DNA of 64,000 nt, taken from assembly GCA_043825735.1 (NCBI GenBank), contig JBDRRP010000115.1:62001-126000 (forward strand), in the 5' to 3' direction. Source of the stretch: Pseudomonadota bacterium. Its GTDB lineage: Bacteria; Desulfobacterota; Desulfobacteria; Desulfobacterales; JBDRRP01. The notes beneath the pieces were generated by a model, which saw only the letters and a list, made by a program, of their open reading frames with translations, had not been told where the DNA came from and ran no database searches. Of the stretch, positions 18,554 to 27,922 are shown piece by piece; position 1 is the first letter of the stretch; each line of letters opens with the position of its first letter. Both the position numbers and the translations under genes were made by a program.

Positions 18554-21500
18554 GTCATCACCTTATAAATCTCATCCAGCGGATAGGAGGAATTGACATA
18601 CCAGTACGCGCCGTCCAGTTGCATTGTCGTGCCGGAAAAAAATTGAGCCCCGTAGCGCACCTTGAGGATCTCTTTGACCCGGAAAAGCACCCCGCTCTTG
18701 CCGTGATTGTCCTGGAAAAACCACTTTTTGAATGCTGGGATCTCAACATCCCTGTACTTTTTGTACCGGCCCGTGCGCCGGCCCGGCAGAACGGTATTGG
18801 TCCGGTTGATTTTCACCTCGATCCCGAGTTGCGCGAAGGCGGCGCGGGCGTCTTCCGGCACCTCTTTATAGTTCGGATCGGCCTTGAGCCGCTCGTTTTC
18901 CTGCCGTTCCCGCTCAGCCCGGGCCTCGTCTTCGGCCTTACTTTGGGCCTCAACTAACGCGATAACCTTCTTGTCCAGTTCATCTTTGGCCGCGTCGTAG
19001 CATGTTACGATGACACGCATGATTTCGTCCGTGTTGTCGCCCAGGCTTTTGGCCGCGAGGCGTACATCGCTATACAGCTTGGACCGGTAGTCGCGCAACT
19101 GCATGTAGTCTGGATCGTTCGACCCCCCGCGGATGTTCTCATCGATCCACGTTTTGGTGTAGTCGGCGTAGAAGGCCCGGATTTCGGTCTCGGTGGCCTT
19201 TTTGCCGTACTCAGCCGCGGCGCCCTCCCAGTCGGATCCAAAGACCTTTTCCATGCAGCTTTTCAGGGAGTAGTCAACATAGCTGCGCTTCTCTCTGGCC
19301 GCGGCCAAATAGGTCTGGGCCAGCGCCTTGCGGAACACCTCGCTGCCGGGCTCAGGAAAAATGAGTTGGGCCGCATCATATATCCGTAACCAGGCATGGC
19401 CGGTGTCGGTGCGGAGCAATCCATCTCCATCCATCTTGATTTCTGCGGCGTGGGCCTCAAAGGTCTCTTTGTCGATCCCGCCTTCCATCAGGTTGAGGTA
19501 GGTGTGCCGCTTGGACAGCAGCTTCTTTAATGCCAACTCGGCTTCCGAGTAGGCCACCTTTACAAGATCCGGCAGCTTGGAAAGAAGATTTGCCCGGATA
19601 TCATTTCCGCCCGCGCCCTTTACCCAGGTATCGCCGCGCATCGAATAATAGCCGTGCGATACAACCTCCTCAAAAGAAACCGCCTTTGGGTCCGCATGCA
19701 CGCTGGCGATTTTAAAAATCCCGAGCAGATCGCCGTCCTTGTCTCGCGCTTCATAAGTCTCACCCACCGCGTACAGCGTGCCGTCCAGGCCGGCCACCGC
19801 ATTCTGTGGGTTATCGACCAGGGCCGCGTCAAACGGCAACTCGCCCTTTCCAGCCTTCAGTTTAAGGATGCTCTGGCTCTGCTTTTTCTTGGTTTCAAGG
19901 TCAGCTCGCTTGCGGGCGAAAACCTCATCCAGGGATTTCAAATCACCCTCTGCCAAAGACAACTCACGCTTTTTTCTGGTCAACCGCTCCGCCATAGCCG
20001 TCTTGGCCTCGCCCGGATCCATCTTGGCCCCGGCCGATTTCAACTCATCGATCTGCTTTTGGAGTTTGGGGATTTTCTCATCAAGTTTTTCCTTGCGCTT
20101 TTCCTTGGCGTCTTCAAGCCCAGCCAGAGCCTCGGCGACGTTGGACAGCTGCTGGAGCATGTTAACCAGGCGCTTGCGCTCACGCTCATCGCGATCGGCT
20201 TTTTGTTTTGCGAGCCGCCCCATCCGCCGGCGCTTGGCCTCTTCCGGATCGTCGGCGAGAAGATCAAGCATGTCATCGGCCCCAAGGGCGTTGGCATTCT
20301 CGGCCTCGGTCGCCTCGCCGGTCAGGAGTTCGTGCATCCAGCCAGACTTTCGCTTGAGCAGGTCCAGCCGGTACATATCAAAGGACCCCTTGCCCATGTA
20401 ATAGTAGATCTGGATGTGTGCGGCCGTGTTTCCCTGCCGGACCCCGCGGCCGTTTCTCTGCTGGATGCTGGCCGGCGTCCATGGCAGGGTCAGGTGGTGG
20501 ATGGCCGTGGTGCCCTTTTGGAGGTTGACACCGACCTCGGCTTTTTTATTTGCAATGACGATCTTGACCTTGCCGGAATTGTACTGGTCGGAGATCTGCT
20601 GGATCTTATCGCCGGCGGCCTCATCTGCGTTGATAATGGCGATCATGTCCCTTGACAGGGGGATGTGGTGGGACAGAAGCCGCTTGATCTTTCGGTGCTG
20701 GCTCTTTTCCTCGGTAAAAACGATCTGTTTGCCGTGGGCCTCCAGGTGCTTTCGAATGTTCTCCACCAGCTTGGCATACTTGGGCGCCATCGGATGGGTG
20801 ATGTCATTTTCATCCAGCCCGTGGCGCTTAATTTTCGTTGCGATGATATCCTCGGCGGCCTCCGGCACCACCATGATAAACGAGTCCCCGTCGGTCTTGA
20901 ATTTCGGTTCGCAGGGGACCTTCACCTTGATCTGCTTGCCGTTTTCGTCCTCCTCGTAGCCGTCGACCGTTGCGGGTAACTCGCTGGCCAGCGCCTCGAC
21001 CTTGGCCCGGTCCTGGGCCTTGAAGACAAAGGTCATTTGTCGTTTGTAGAGATCCGTGTCCATGGTAACCCGGTCCATTTTCCGGATCACGGAGAACATG
21101 CTGACCTTGGATCCGGGGACAGAAGCGGCCTTGGCGTCCTCTCGGAGCGATACGTATAGGTTCGACTGCTCTTCGGTCAGGTCAACATCTTCGTGCAACT
21201 CGTCGTGGGGCGGCAGTTCCAGGCCGACATCCTCGGCGGTTTTGAGCACCGTGTATTTGTGGAACAGGTTCCTGAGCCCGTCCAGGTTCCTGAACCCGGT
21301 CAGGCCGTCTTTGCTCTTCACGTCGCCGGAGACCATGACCTTGTCCACGGTCTCAATCTTGCCGAACACCCGCACAAAGTCATCGACGGTATAAACCCCG
21401 AACCGCTCGAATTCCTCGATCGGGGCCACGTATGACAGCATGTTGTATACTTCGAACGGGGAGTTGGTGACCGGGGTGGCGGTCATGGGGTAAACCCCGC

Positions 21501-24500
21501 GCCCGTCGTTGTTGTCCCGCAGGTAGGCGCACTTCATGGTCATGTCTAGGGCCCGCTTGCTGCTGGGGGCAGAGGGGAGATAGGCGATCTGCGATGTCTG
21601 CTCACCAGCTTCATAGCTATTTTTGAACCCGTGAGCCTCATCAAAGATGATCGAAGTGAACCCCATGTCCTCAAAATAGGGAAGCTCGCCCTTTTTGGCC
21701 GTGCCCTCATCCGAGTACTTGCCCTCGATGCGCGCCTTGGCCTTGTCATCGTCGTAGGAGACTTTGCGCTCCTCGGCCTCGCCGTCTTTCCCGGCCGCGC
21801 CGGCGCTAAGGGCCGCAGCGTTTTTGTCCGAGATGAGGTGCCGCTCAACCATTTTGGCAGCGTACCCCGCCTTGGTATCGGGGCGCATGGGGATCGATCC
21901 AAACTTTTCCTGGGTCATCACGACCAGGCTTTTGGACGTGGCGGGAATCTCCCACATTTTTTCCCAGATGTCCTCCTTCGACTTCCGGGACATGAGCACG
22001 GGTTGCATCACCAATTCGCCGGTGATCTTGTTGCGCTTTGGCTCGCCCTTCTCGTTCAGGACCTGCTCCATGACAAGGGTCCCGTCCTTGTTCAGCTTGG
22101 GCTCGACTCCGACGAAAAGCACGTCGCTCATATCGGCGATCAGGTCGTGACACTCCTGGTACCAGTTGGAAAGGACAGAATTGGGTACCACGATACAGTC
22201 TTTTTTGGTCCGGCCCATCTGCTTGTTGTAGAGGTGCAGTCCAATGGCAACCATCGTCTTGCCCAGTCCGACATCCAGGCCCGCTATACCGCGGCCCTCT
22301 TCGGACAGCCGGCGGATTGTCTGGCTCTGGAACCCGTGAGGCCGCTTGTTGCCGCTCATCCCCTCGATTTCCAGAGGCTCAAGCTCATAGTCGTGGGCCA
22401 CGAAGGCGTTGAATTTGCGGTTATAGATGGCCGCCACCCGGTCCATGTCCGGATGCTGCTGCATCCAGGCGTTGAACCCTTCGGTGATGTTTTTCACCTC
22501 CTGCTTGTAGGCCTCGATGCGTTCCTGGGCGTCCTCGCCGCTCGATGTCACCCGGCCGCCGTTGAGATACTTGTCAAACTGCCGCGCGAACCCGGCCTTG
22601 TCAGGGACACCGATAAACTTGCCGAATGGGGCGTCCGGATCCTCGACAAATTTTGAAACAAACGTGACCTTGCCACTGACCGGATCCTCCCTCGGCTCCT
22701 GCTCGAACCGGCCGTATTGGAGGTTCGGGTACCCGTGCTCACGCAGGTAGTCGATCAGGTATTGTTTCGGGAACCATTTTTCCTGAAGGCCTATATAAAT
22801 GTTTTCCGGCAGCGTGATTTTCACGCGCCGGTTGATGGCATCGATCTGCGCCCCATATTTGGCGATGATCCGCTCGTCCGTCTCATCGGCCATGGCGGCG
22901 GTCATTGCCGCGACCTTTGGATACACATCGCCCGAGGTGTACCGGCCCATGGGCTGAATGAAACCGTCGGGCGTCAGGGCGATATGCTCGACGCTGGCAA
23001 GGTCCCCCAGTGATTCGAGTTTCATACCCCCCGCATAGAGTTGTTTCACGTCCTCCAACTCGATGTTCTGGATGCCCTCCCTGATGAACAGGTGCTCGAC
23101 GATGGACTGGATATTGGACGGGTCGAACTGGATCTGCCCGCTGTCCTGGACGCCGGACAGGAGGGCGGAGAAAGTGCCCTTTTCGTCCACCGCGTTCATG
23201 AACAGGCCAAAAGCCCGCGATGATTCGCCGGTGACCTGGATGCGGTTGCCCTTCGGATGCCCGAACCGCTCGACCTCTGTAACGACCAGGGCCTGCAACC
23301 GCTCGCGCTCCGCATCGTCCGGGTTTGCCTGGAGGCGCCCCAGAAGCCCGCCGATGATCGTGCCCCGGAACGCCTGCTCCCGGAACTTGTCCGAGGGCTG
23401 GCTCATCGCGAATTCCACCGCGTCTTTGTGGAGCGGGGAGAGAAGCTCTGGCCACGACTTGTAGACCGCGAACAGGTTGTCGGCGCTCATCGCCAGGGGG
23501 CCGCCCGGGCTCGAAAGCACGGCCCTCAGCTCTGATAGAGTGGATGCACCATAGCGCCCTTTGTCCAGGGCCATGTCGCCGGGTTTGGTCTCGATGATCG
23601 GGACCCACTGGCCGTCCCGCATCTCATGCTGGCGCCCATTGATGGTCTTGCGGTCACCCTCGATGTAACTTTTGGTCTCGGCCGGTGCGCTTTCGAGCAT
23701 GTCCCAGTCGATCCGGGATTCGAACCGCGCGGCCAGCTTTTGGCGGATCACAACCGCGTCGATATCGCCGTCCACCACCTCCCGGGACCACCGCTCGCCC
23801 TCGACCTTGGGGACCCATTTGCCCTGGATGAACCGCTTGCCCTCACCGAGCCAGTAGAGGCCTTGAGTAAACTCATCCCAGACCGCGCGGGCGGCCTTCA
23901 GGGTCTCGAAGGGAATGTCGTCGATCCGGTCCAGCAATTCCCGCGGGTGCTTCTTGAACACCACGATATCGACCACAGTATCGGTGCCCTGGGTCTTGAA
24001 GGTTTTACTGGGCAGCTTATGGGCGCCCAGGAATTCAGCCTTTTTGCTCAACTGGATGCGGAACTCCTCCCAGCGAGCCCCCTTCGCGCCGACAATGTTG
24101 GTCGGCACCACCAGGCAACAAAGCCCGCCGGGCCGGCATTTATCCAGGGCGCGGAGGAGGAAATACCGCTCGATTCGCTTCTCGGATTTGTAGGCCGGGT
24201 CGTCGTGCATCGCGGCCCCGCGGGCGTCGCCGAACGGCACGTTGCCGGTCACGGCGTCGAAACTGTCGTCCGGGGTCGATGCCACCAGGCGCTCGAATGA
24301 TCCGGTCTGGATCCCGTCCTCTGGGTTGAGGAGGGATGCGATCTTCGAACCTACCGGGTCGATATCGGTCCCGGTGACGATCACGCCCTTGGGTTTGGTG
24401 GCCGGGAAGACTCCGGCGCCGACGCATGGGTCCAAAACATTACCTGCCGTGAACCCGTTGATGGCCATGGCGTCCCACATGCCCTGGGCCACACCGGTCG

Positions 24501-24840
24501 GGGTATAATACTCAAACTGACTGTTCTCGGTCAGTCCGCCGCGGCCCGAATACTGTTCCAGGATCTGGCGGTCCTCATCGGTCATGTCCTCGGGGTCCTG
24601 GACTCGCGACAGGATATCCCTGGCCATCGCGTTGATGTTTTCCCGGGCCTTAAGGCCTCGGACCTTGAGGCCGAAATCGGATCTCGTGTCTTTGTAGTCG
24701 CCCGGGGTGATGGCTGGCTCACGGACCAGGAAGACATCCCTGAACACGGCCTCTATCTCGCTGAAGGCCGTGGCCGAACGGATGGCAGCAATGGCGTCGG
24801 CCGCCGGGGAGTTGGCGCGTTCCACGATGAGGACGGTCAT
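18550..24840 (-). CDS. darB: DarB-like N6-adenine methyltransferase / SNF2 helicase fusion
   Basis: VLDPCVGAGVF, GNVPFG; GLDVGLGKT, DEAH, TATPVTNS, QRNGRGVRQGN; 2096 aa in P1-like context. Confidence 0.88.
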   Translation of the reverse strand: MTVLIVERANSPAADAIAAIRSATAFSEIEAVFRDVFLVREPAITPGDYKDTRSDFGLKVRGLKARENINAMARDILSRVQDPEDMTDEDRQILEQYSGRGGLTENSQFEYYTPTGVAQGMWDAMAINGFTAGNVLDPCVGAGVFPATKPKGVIVTGTDIDPVGSKIASLLNPEDGIQTGSFERLVASTPDDSFDAVTGNVPFGDARGAAMHDDPAYKSEKRIERYFLLRALDKCRPGGLCCLVVPTNIVGAKGARWEEFRIQLSKKAEFLGAHKLPSKTFKTQGTDTVVDIVVFKKHPRELLDRIDDIPFETLKAARAVWDEFTQGLYWLGEGKRFIQGKWVPKVEGERWSREVVDGDIDAVVIRQKLAARFESRIDWDMLESAPAETKSYIEGDRKTINGRQHEMRDGQWVPIIETKPGDMALDKGRYGASTLSELRAVLSSPGGPLAMSADNLFAVYKSWPELLSPLHKDAVEFAMSQPSDKFREQAFRGTIIGGLLGRLQANPDDAERERLQALVVTEVERFGHPKGNRIQVTGESSRAFGLFMNAVDEKGTFSALLSGVQDSGQIQFDPSNIQSIVEHLFIREGIQNIELEDVKQLYAGGMKLESLGDLASVEHIALTPDGFIQPMGRYTSGDVYPKVAAMTAAMADETDERIIAKYGAQIDAINRRVKITLPENIYIGLQEKWFPKQYLIDYLREHGYPNLQYGRFEQEPREDPVSGKVTFVSKFVEDPDAPFGKFIGVPDKAGFARQFDKYLNGGRVTSSGEDAQERIEAYKQEVKNITEGFNAWMQQHPDMDRVAAIYNRKFNAFVAHDYELEPLEIEGMSGNKRPHGFQSQTIRRLSEEGRGIAGLDVGLGKTMVAIGLHLYNKQMGRTKKDCIVVPNSVLSNWYQECHDLIADMSDVLFVGVEPKLNKDGTLVMEQVLNEKGEPKRNKITGELVMQPVLMSRKSKEDIWEKMWEIPATSKSLVVMTQEKFGSIPMRPDTKAGYAAKMVERHLISDKNAAALSAGAAGKDGEAEERKVSYDDDKAKARIEGKYSDEGTAKKGELPYFEDMGFTSIIFDEAHGFKNSYEAGEQTSQIAYLPSAPSSKRALDMTMKCAYLRDNNDGRGVYPMTATPVTNSPFEVYNMLSYVAPIEEFERFGVYTVDDFVRVFGKIETVDKVMVSGDVKSKDGLTGFRNLDGLRNLFHKYTVLKTAEDVGLELPPHDELHEDVDLTEEQSNLYVSLREDAKAASVPGSKVSMFSVIRKMDRVTMDTDLYKRQMTFVFKAQDRAKVEALASELPATVDGYEEDENGKQIKVKVPCEPKFKTDGDSFIMVVPEAAEDIIATKIKRHGLDENDITHPMAPKYAKLVENIRKHLEAHGKQIVFTEEKSQHRKIKRLLSHHIPLSRDMIAIINADEAAGDKIQQISDQYNSGKVKIVIANKKAEVGVNLQKGTTAIHHLTLPWTPASIQQRNGRGVRQGNTAAHIQIYYYMGKGSFDMYRLDLLKRKSGWMHELLTGEATEAENANALGADDMLDLLADDPEEAKRRRMGRLAKQKADRDERERKRLVNMLQQLSNVAEALAGLEDAKEKRKEKLDEKIPKLQKQIDELKSAGAKMDPGEAKTAMAERLTRKKRELSLAEGDLKSLDEVFARKRADLETKKKQSQSILKLKAGKGELPFDAALVDNPQNAVAGLDGTLYAVGETYEARDKDGDLLGIFKIASVHADPKAVSFEEVVSHGYYSMRGDTWVKGAGGNDIRANLLSKLPDLVKVAYSEAELALKKLLSKRHTYLNLMEGGIDKETFEAHAAEIKMDGDGLLRTDTGHAWLRIYDAAQLIFPEPGSEVFRKALAQTYLAAAREKRSYVDYSLKSCMEKVFGSDWEGAAAEYGKKATETEIRAFYADYTKTWIDENIRGGSNDPDYMQLRDYRSKLYSDVRLAAKSLGDNTDEIMRVIVTCYDAAKDELDKKVIALVEAQSKAEDEARAERERQENERLKADPNYKEVPEDARAAFAQLGIEVKINRTNTVLPGRRTGRYKKYRDVEIPAFKKWFFQDNHGKSGVLFRVKEILKVRYGAQFFSGTTMQLDGAYWYVNSSYPLDEIYKVMT

Positions 24841-25433
24841 TGCTTGGCGCCTTTCGCGATTATTTCAGTCTTTTGGGCCGAGGACATGGACGATCCGAAA
24901 AAATACTGTACGACCGCGCCTACGGCAGCACCGAGGGTCCCAAACAGCGAACCGAGCAGCATCACGGCAGCTTGCGGGATATCGCTTGGGACTTTCCCGG
25001 CCGCAATCCCGGCCACCATAATGATGATCGTCAGGAAATAGCCGCCGACGAAGAGGTAAGCCAGGATATAGAGGTTCATATCCCGCTTGCCGGTGGCCTT
25101 TTCCACCTGGACTTGTCGGTTCCGGGCGTCCCCCACATCGGCCAGCGTCGCAGACTGGCTGGCCTCAATGTGCCGGTGGTCTTCTTTTTTGTTCTCCAAG
25201 GCCAGTTGGCCGAGCGTGATCCGCTCATTTGACTGGAGGGACTCCATGGCGAGGACCTGCTCCGGGCTCAAGGCCGTCACTTGCTGCCCGCCGTCGGTGG
25301 TCAGCTTGATGCCGGTTTTTTCCTCGATAAACTCGACCGCTTTTTCTCCCGCGCCGTTGACGGCATCCGACAACAGGCCGAGGCCCTGCTTTGCAAGCAT
25401 CCCCGCGATCGATGCGATGATAGCTGGAATCAT
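24837..25433 (-). CDS. Putative holin-like membrane protein
   Basis: Two C-terminal TM segments ending in YFFGSS; coupled to the putative lysin. Confidence 0.65.
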   Translation of the reverse strand: MIPAIIASIAGMLAKQGLGLLSDAVNGAGEKAVEFIEEKTGIKLTTDGGQQVTALSPEQVLAMESLQSNERITLGQLALENKKEDHRHIEASQSATLADVGDARNRQVQVEKATGKRDMNLYILAYLFVGGYFLTIIIMVAGIAAGKVPSDIPQAAVMLLGSLFGTLGAAVGAVVQYFFGSSMSSAQKTEIIAKGAKQ

Positions 25434-26020
25434 TTGCCCCCCAATTCTGCTTCGTCGAGCAGCGTGTAGGTGTAGGTGGATCCGAACCGCGCTCCGGATC
25501 TCGCGATCGCCATGAAGATTTCGAAATCGGACCAGCTTGCCAGCACCTGACAACCGGCCGACCATTTATCAACGAGGACCGATTCCCCCTGCCATGCCGC
25601 GCAGTGGATGTTGATTCCGAACCATCCCGTTTCGGATTTACCGCCCGCGTCGATCTTGTTGTTGCGGTCATCGTCTCGGAAGACGGTCAGCGGCGCGGCC
25701 TGGACCAGGGCGTCATATTTCCCCTGATGTTTTCCGATCCGAAATGCGCTGCGGTACTGGCCTGGGGCGAGAACGGCGGTACCGAGAGTTGACATGGGGT
25801 TTTGAAGCCAATGCGAGCCCGGGTCGGTGGTCGCGGGGAAGGCCCAGAAAAGCCAGCGGTTCTGGTGGCTGGCGAACACCGCCACCATGTCGTCGAACCG
25901 GTTGGCCTCACGATTGGGTGAACGGATGCCGACGATGTTCAAATCGTGACGCCCGCCGCGGAAAACCGTGTAGCCCTTGGCATCCATGGCGGTGACAATT
26001 TGATTCACGGATGGGGTCAT
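25430..26020 (-). CDS. Putative endolysin with an L,D-transpeptidase-like His/Cys motif
   Basis: GINIH...WSAGCQV; adjacent to the holin-like gene. Confidence 0.6.
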   Translation of the reverse strand: MTPSVNQIVTAMDAKGYTVFRGGRHDLNIVGIRSPNREANRFDDMVAVFASHQNRWLFWAFPATTDPGSHWLQNPMSTLGTAVLAPGQYRSAFRIGKHQGKYDALVQAAPLTVFRDDDRNNKIDAGGKSETGWFGINIHCAAWQGESVLVDKWSAGCQVLASWSDFEIFMAIARSGARFGSTYTYTLLDEAELGGK

Positions 26021-26031
26021 GGTGGCCTCGA

Positions 26032-26056
26032 TAAAGTTATAAAGAAAACTTTATAG
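26032..26056. promoter_or_regulatory. TAAAG-N3-TAAAG-N4-CTTTA operator-like motif
   Basis: Same architecture at 54866 and 59857; upstream of the lysin-darB-portal gene run. Confidence 0.65.
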
Positions 26057-26086
26057 TAAAACGTGCAATGATTCAATAGCGACTGT

Positions 26087-27922
26087 TTATGCGTTCCCGA
26101 CAGCCTCCCGGTAACTGGCCTCGGCCAACTCGATCGAGGGATAGATTGTCAGGCTCACCACCTCCCCGGAGTCGGCGTCATAGATCCGGACCGCGCCCTT
26201 GTCGCCTTCCAGCGCCTGGAACAACTCGTAGTCGACGCCTTCGATCCGCTCAACGGCCACCGTCCTGGACTCGCCGATCTGCCCGATTCGGTGGATCTCG
26301 CCTACCTGCTTTGGCGGCGCCGGCCCTGGTTCGTCATAAATGTTACCGCCGGCCGGGTGCAGGTTTTTGAAGCGGGTTTTGTCGGTGGGATCAACTGAAA
26401 CCGATTCCATCCCTGAAGGCTTACCAGTTTCGGTCAGCCTGGTCAGGGTGAGCATGAACCCGCTATCCCGGTCCAGGGCGTAGCGGTTGCCGTCATCGTC
26501 GGTGAGGATATCTCCCCTGGTCAGTTTCTGCCCGTTGTGGCGATTGGTGCCGGGGTCGTAGCGGAGCGGGGATCCTACTCCGCCATCGTCGGATATTGTC
26601 CCTCTGCCGGAATCAGAACCGGTTCCGGGGTTTTGACCGCTGGCTGCGCCTTCGGGTACGGCGCTGGGAATGGGATGATTTTCGACGGCACTGAGGAGCC
26701 CGTCAAGGTAGGTTTCGATGGATTTTCCTTCATCGTGGCTCTCATACTTGTAGGTTTCGATCAGGTCGCCGAGTTGGTCGGCGATGGTGGCCTTGACTGC
26801 CTCGATGGTTTCCCGGATGTTATCAAGGCCGGCAACTTTTTTCAAGGCGTTCGAGACTATCCCCGGCGTGGCAACCCTGTCTTCTATCGCAACGAGCAGT
26901 TCCTCGATCGCGCCGTCAGACACATAATCCTCATGCTCGATGGAGAGAATTGACCGGTATTTTTCTTCGATCCGCCGGTCAACCATGAACCCGGCACTCA
27001 CAAGTCCCTGCCGGACAAACTCGGCCTCGATCTCCTCAACAGTCTTCGCATTGCGGATCCGCTTCCTCATCGACCACCCAGGATCCTGGTCGGCCGAGAA
27101 CAACGGATCGTCGGTATGGGCAACGAGTCGCGCCGTGGCCGGTTTCGAGCCGGGTGCATCGCCAGGCCCGGCCTCACTCCACCCGTTCTTTTTGGCGTAC
27201 TCGGCCAGTGCGGCCTCAGCGGCTGCCCGGTCCGTGAAAAACCCGCCTGCCCCGCCAGCGACGTCCCCGGTGCCAGACGCGGCCCGGATCTTGATCCGAT
27301 TCCCGCGGTCATAACCCTTCAGGTCGTTGTGCCGGTACCATGCGTAGTTTCCGGCAACCCCGGGGCCGACCATGACAAACTGCCCCTTGTCATCGACGTA
27401 GGCGGATTCACCAATGAGTTGGTGCCGTGTCATCCCCACCTCGACGAGCACCGCCTCAATGTCCTCGATGCCTCTGGCGGCCAGGACCTTTGTCTTCCAT
27501 GCCGGCCGCTCGCCGGCGTAGACCCGCTTGGCCTCGGTGTGCTCTGCCCACCACTTGGCGATGTAGTTTTCTTCCAACTGCTTTTTGATGGCAAGATCGG
27601 CCCTGCAAGCATCGATCGTGTACTTGGGCCGCGACAGTTCCTTGGCGAGTTGATCGTCATAAAAGAGGGCGTCCTTTTTTCGGACGCGGGCCTTGGCATT
27701 CCGGATCCGGTGCGCGAGCATTTTTTCCGCGGACTCAAAGCGCATCGGTTCTGGAACCCACCCGGTGTAAAGGGCTGTTTTGCCAAGTTCGTGATAAGCA
27801 CCAACGGCCGCCTCCACCTCTGGATCAGGGCGGTTGCCAAAGCGAGAGACCCCCCACTTCAGAACCTTTCTGCTGTCTGGCGTCCCCGATGTGTAGACGG
27901 TAAAAACCCTATGATCAGGCAT
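26087..27922 (-). CDS. Multi-domain (polyvalent-type) hypothetical protein
   Basis: 611 aa; short globular segments with G/P linkers; two copies of the DarB-N-like helix. Confidence 0.7.
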   Translation of the reverse strand: MPDHRVFTVYTSGTPDSRKVLKWGVSRFGNRPDPEVEAAVGAYHELGKTALYTGWVPEPMRFESAEKMLAHRIRNAKARVRKKDALFYDDQLAKELSRPKYTIDACRADLAIKKQLEENYIAKWWAEHTEAKRVYAGERPAWKTKVLAARGIEDIEAVLVEVGMTRHQLIGESAYVDDKGQFVMVGPGVAGNYAWYRHNDLKGYDRGNRIKIRAASGTGDVAGGAGGFFTDRAAAEAALAEYAKKNGWSEAGPGDAPGSKPATARLVAHTDDPLFSADQDPGWSMRKRIRNAKTVEEIEAEFVRQGLVSAGFMVDRRIEEKYRSILSIEHEDYVSDGAIEELLVAIEDRVATPGIVSNALKKVAGLDNIRETIEAVKATIADQLGDLIETYKYESHDEGKSIETYLDGLLSAVENHPIPSAVPEGAASGQNPGTGSDSGRGTISDDGGVGSPLRYDPGTNRHNGQKLTRGDILTDDDGNRYALDRDSGFMLTLTRLTETGKPSGMESVSVDPTDKTRFKNLHPAGGNIYDEPGPAPPKQVGEIHRIGQIGESRTVAVERIEGVDYELFQALEGDKGAVRIYDADSGEVVSLTIYPSIELAEASYREAVGNA

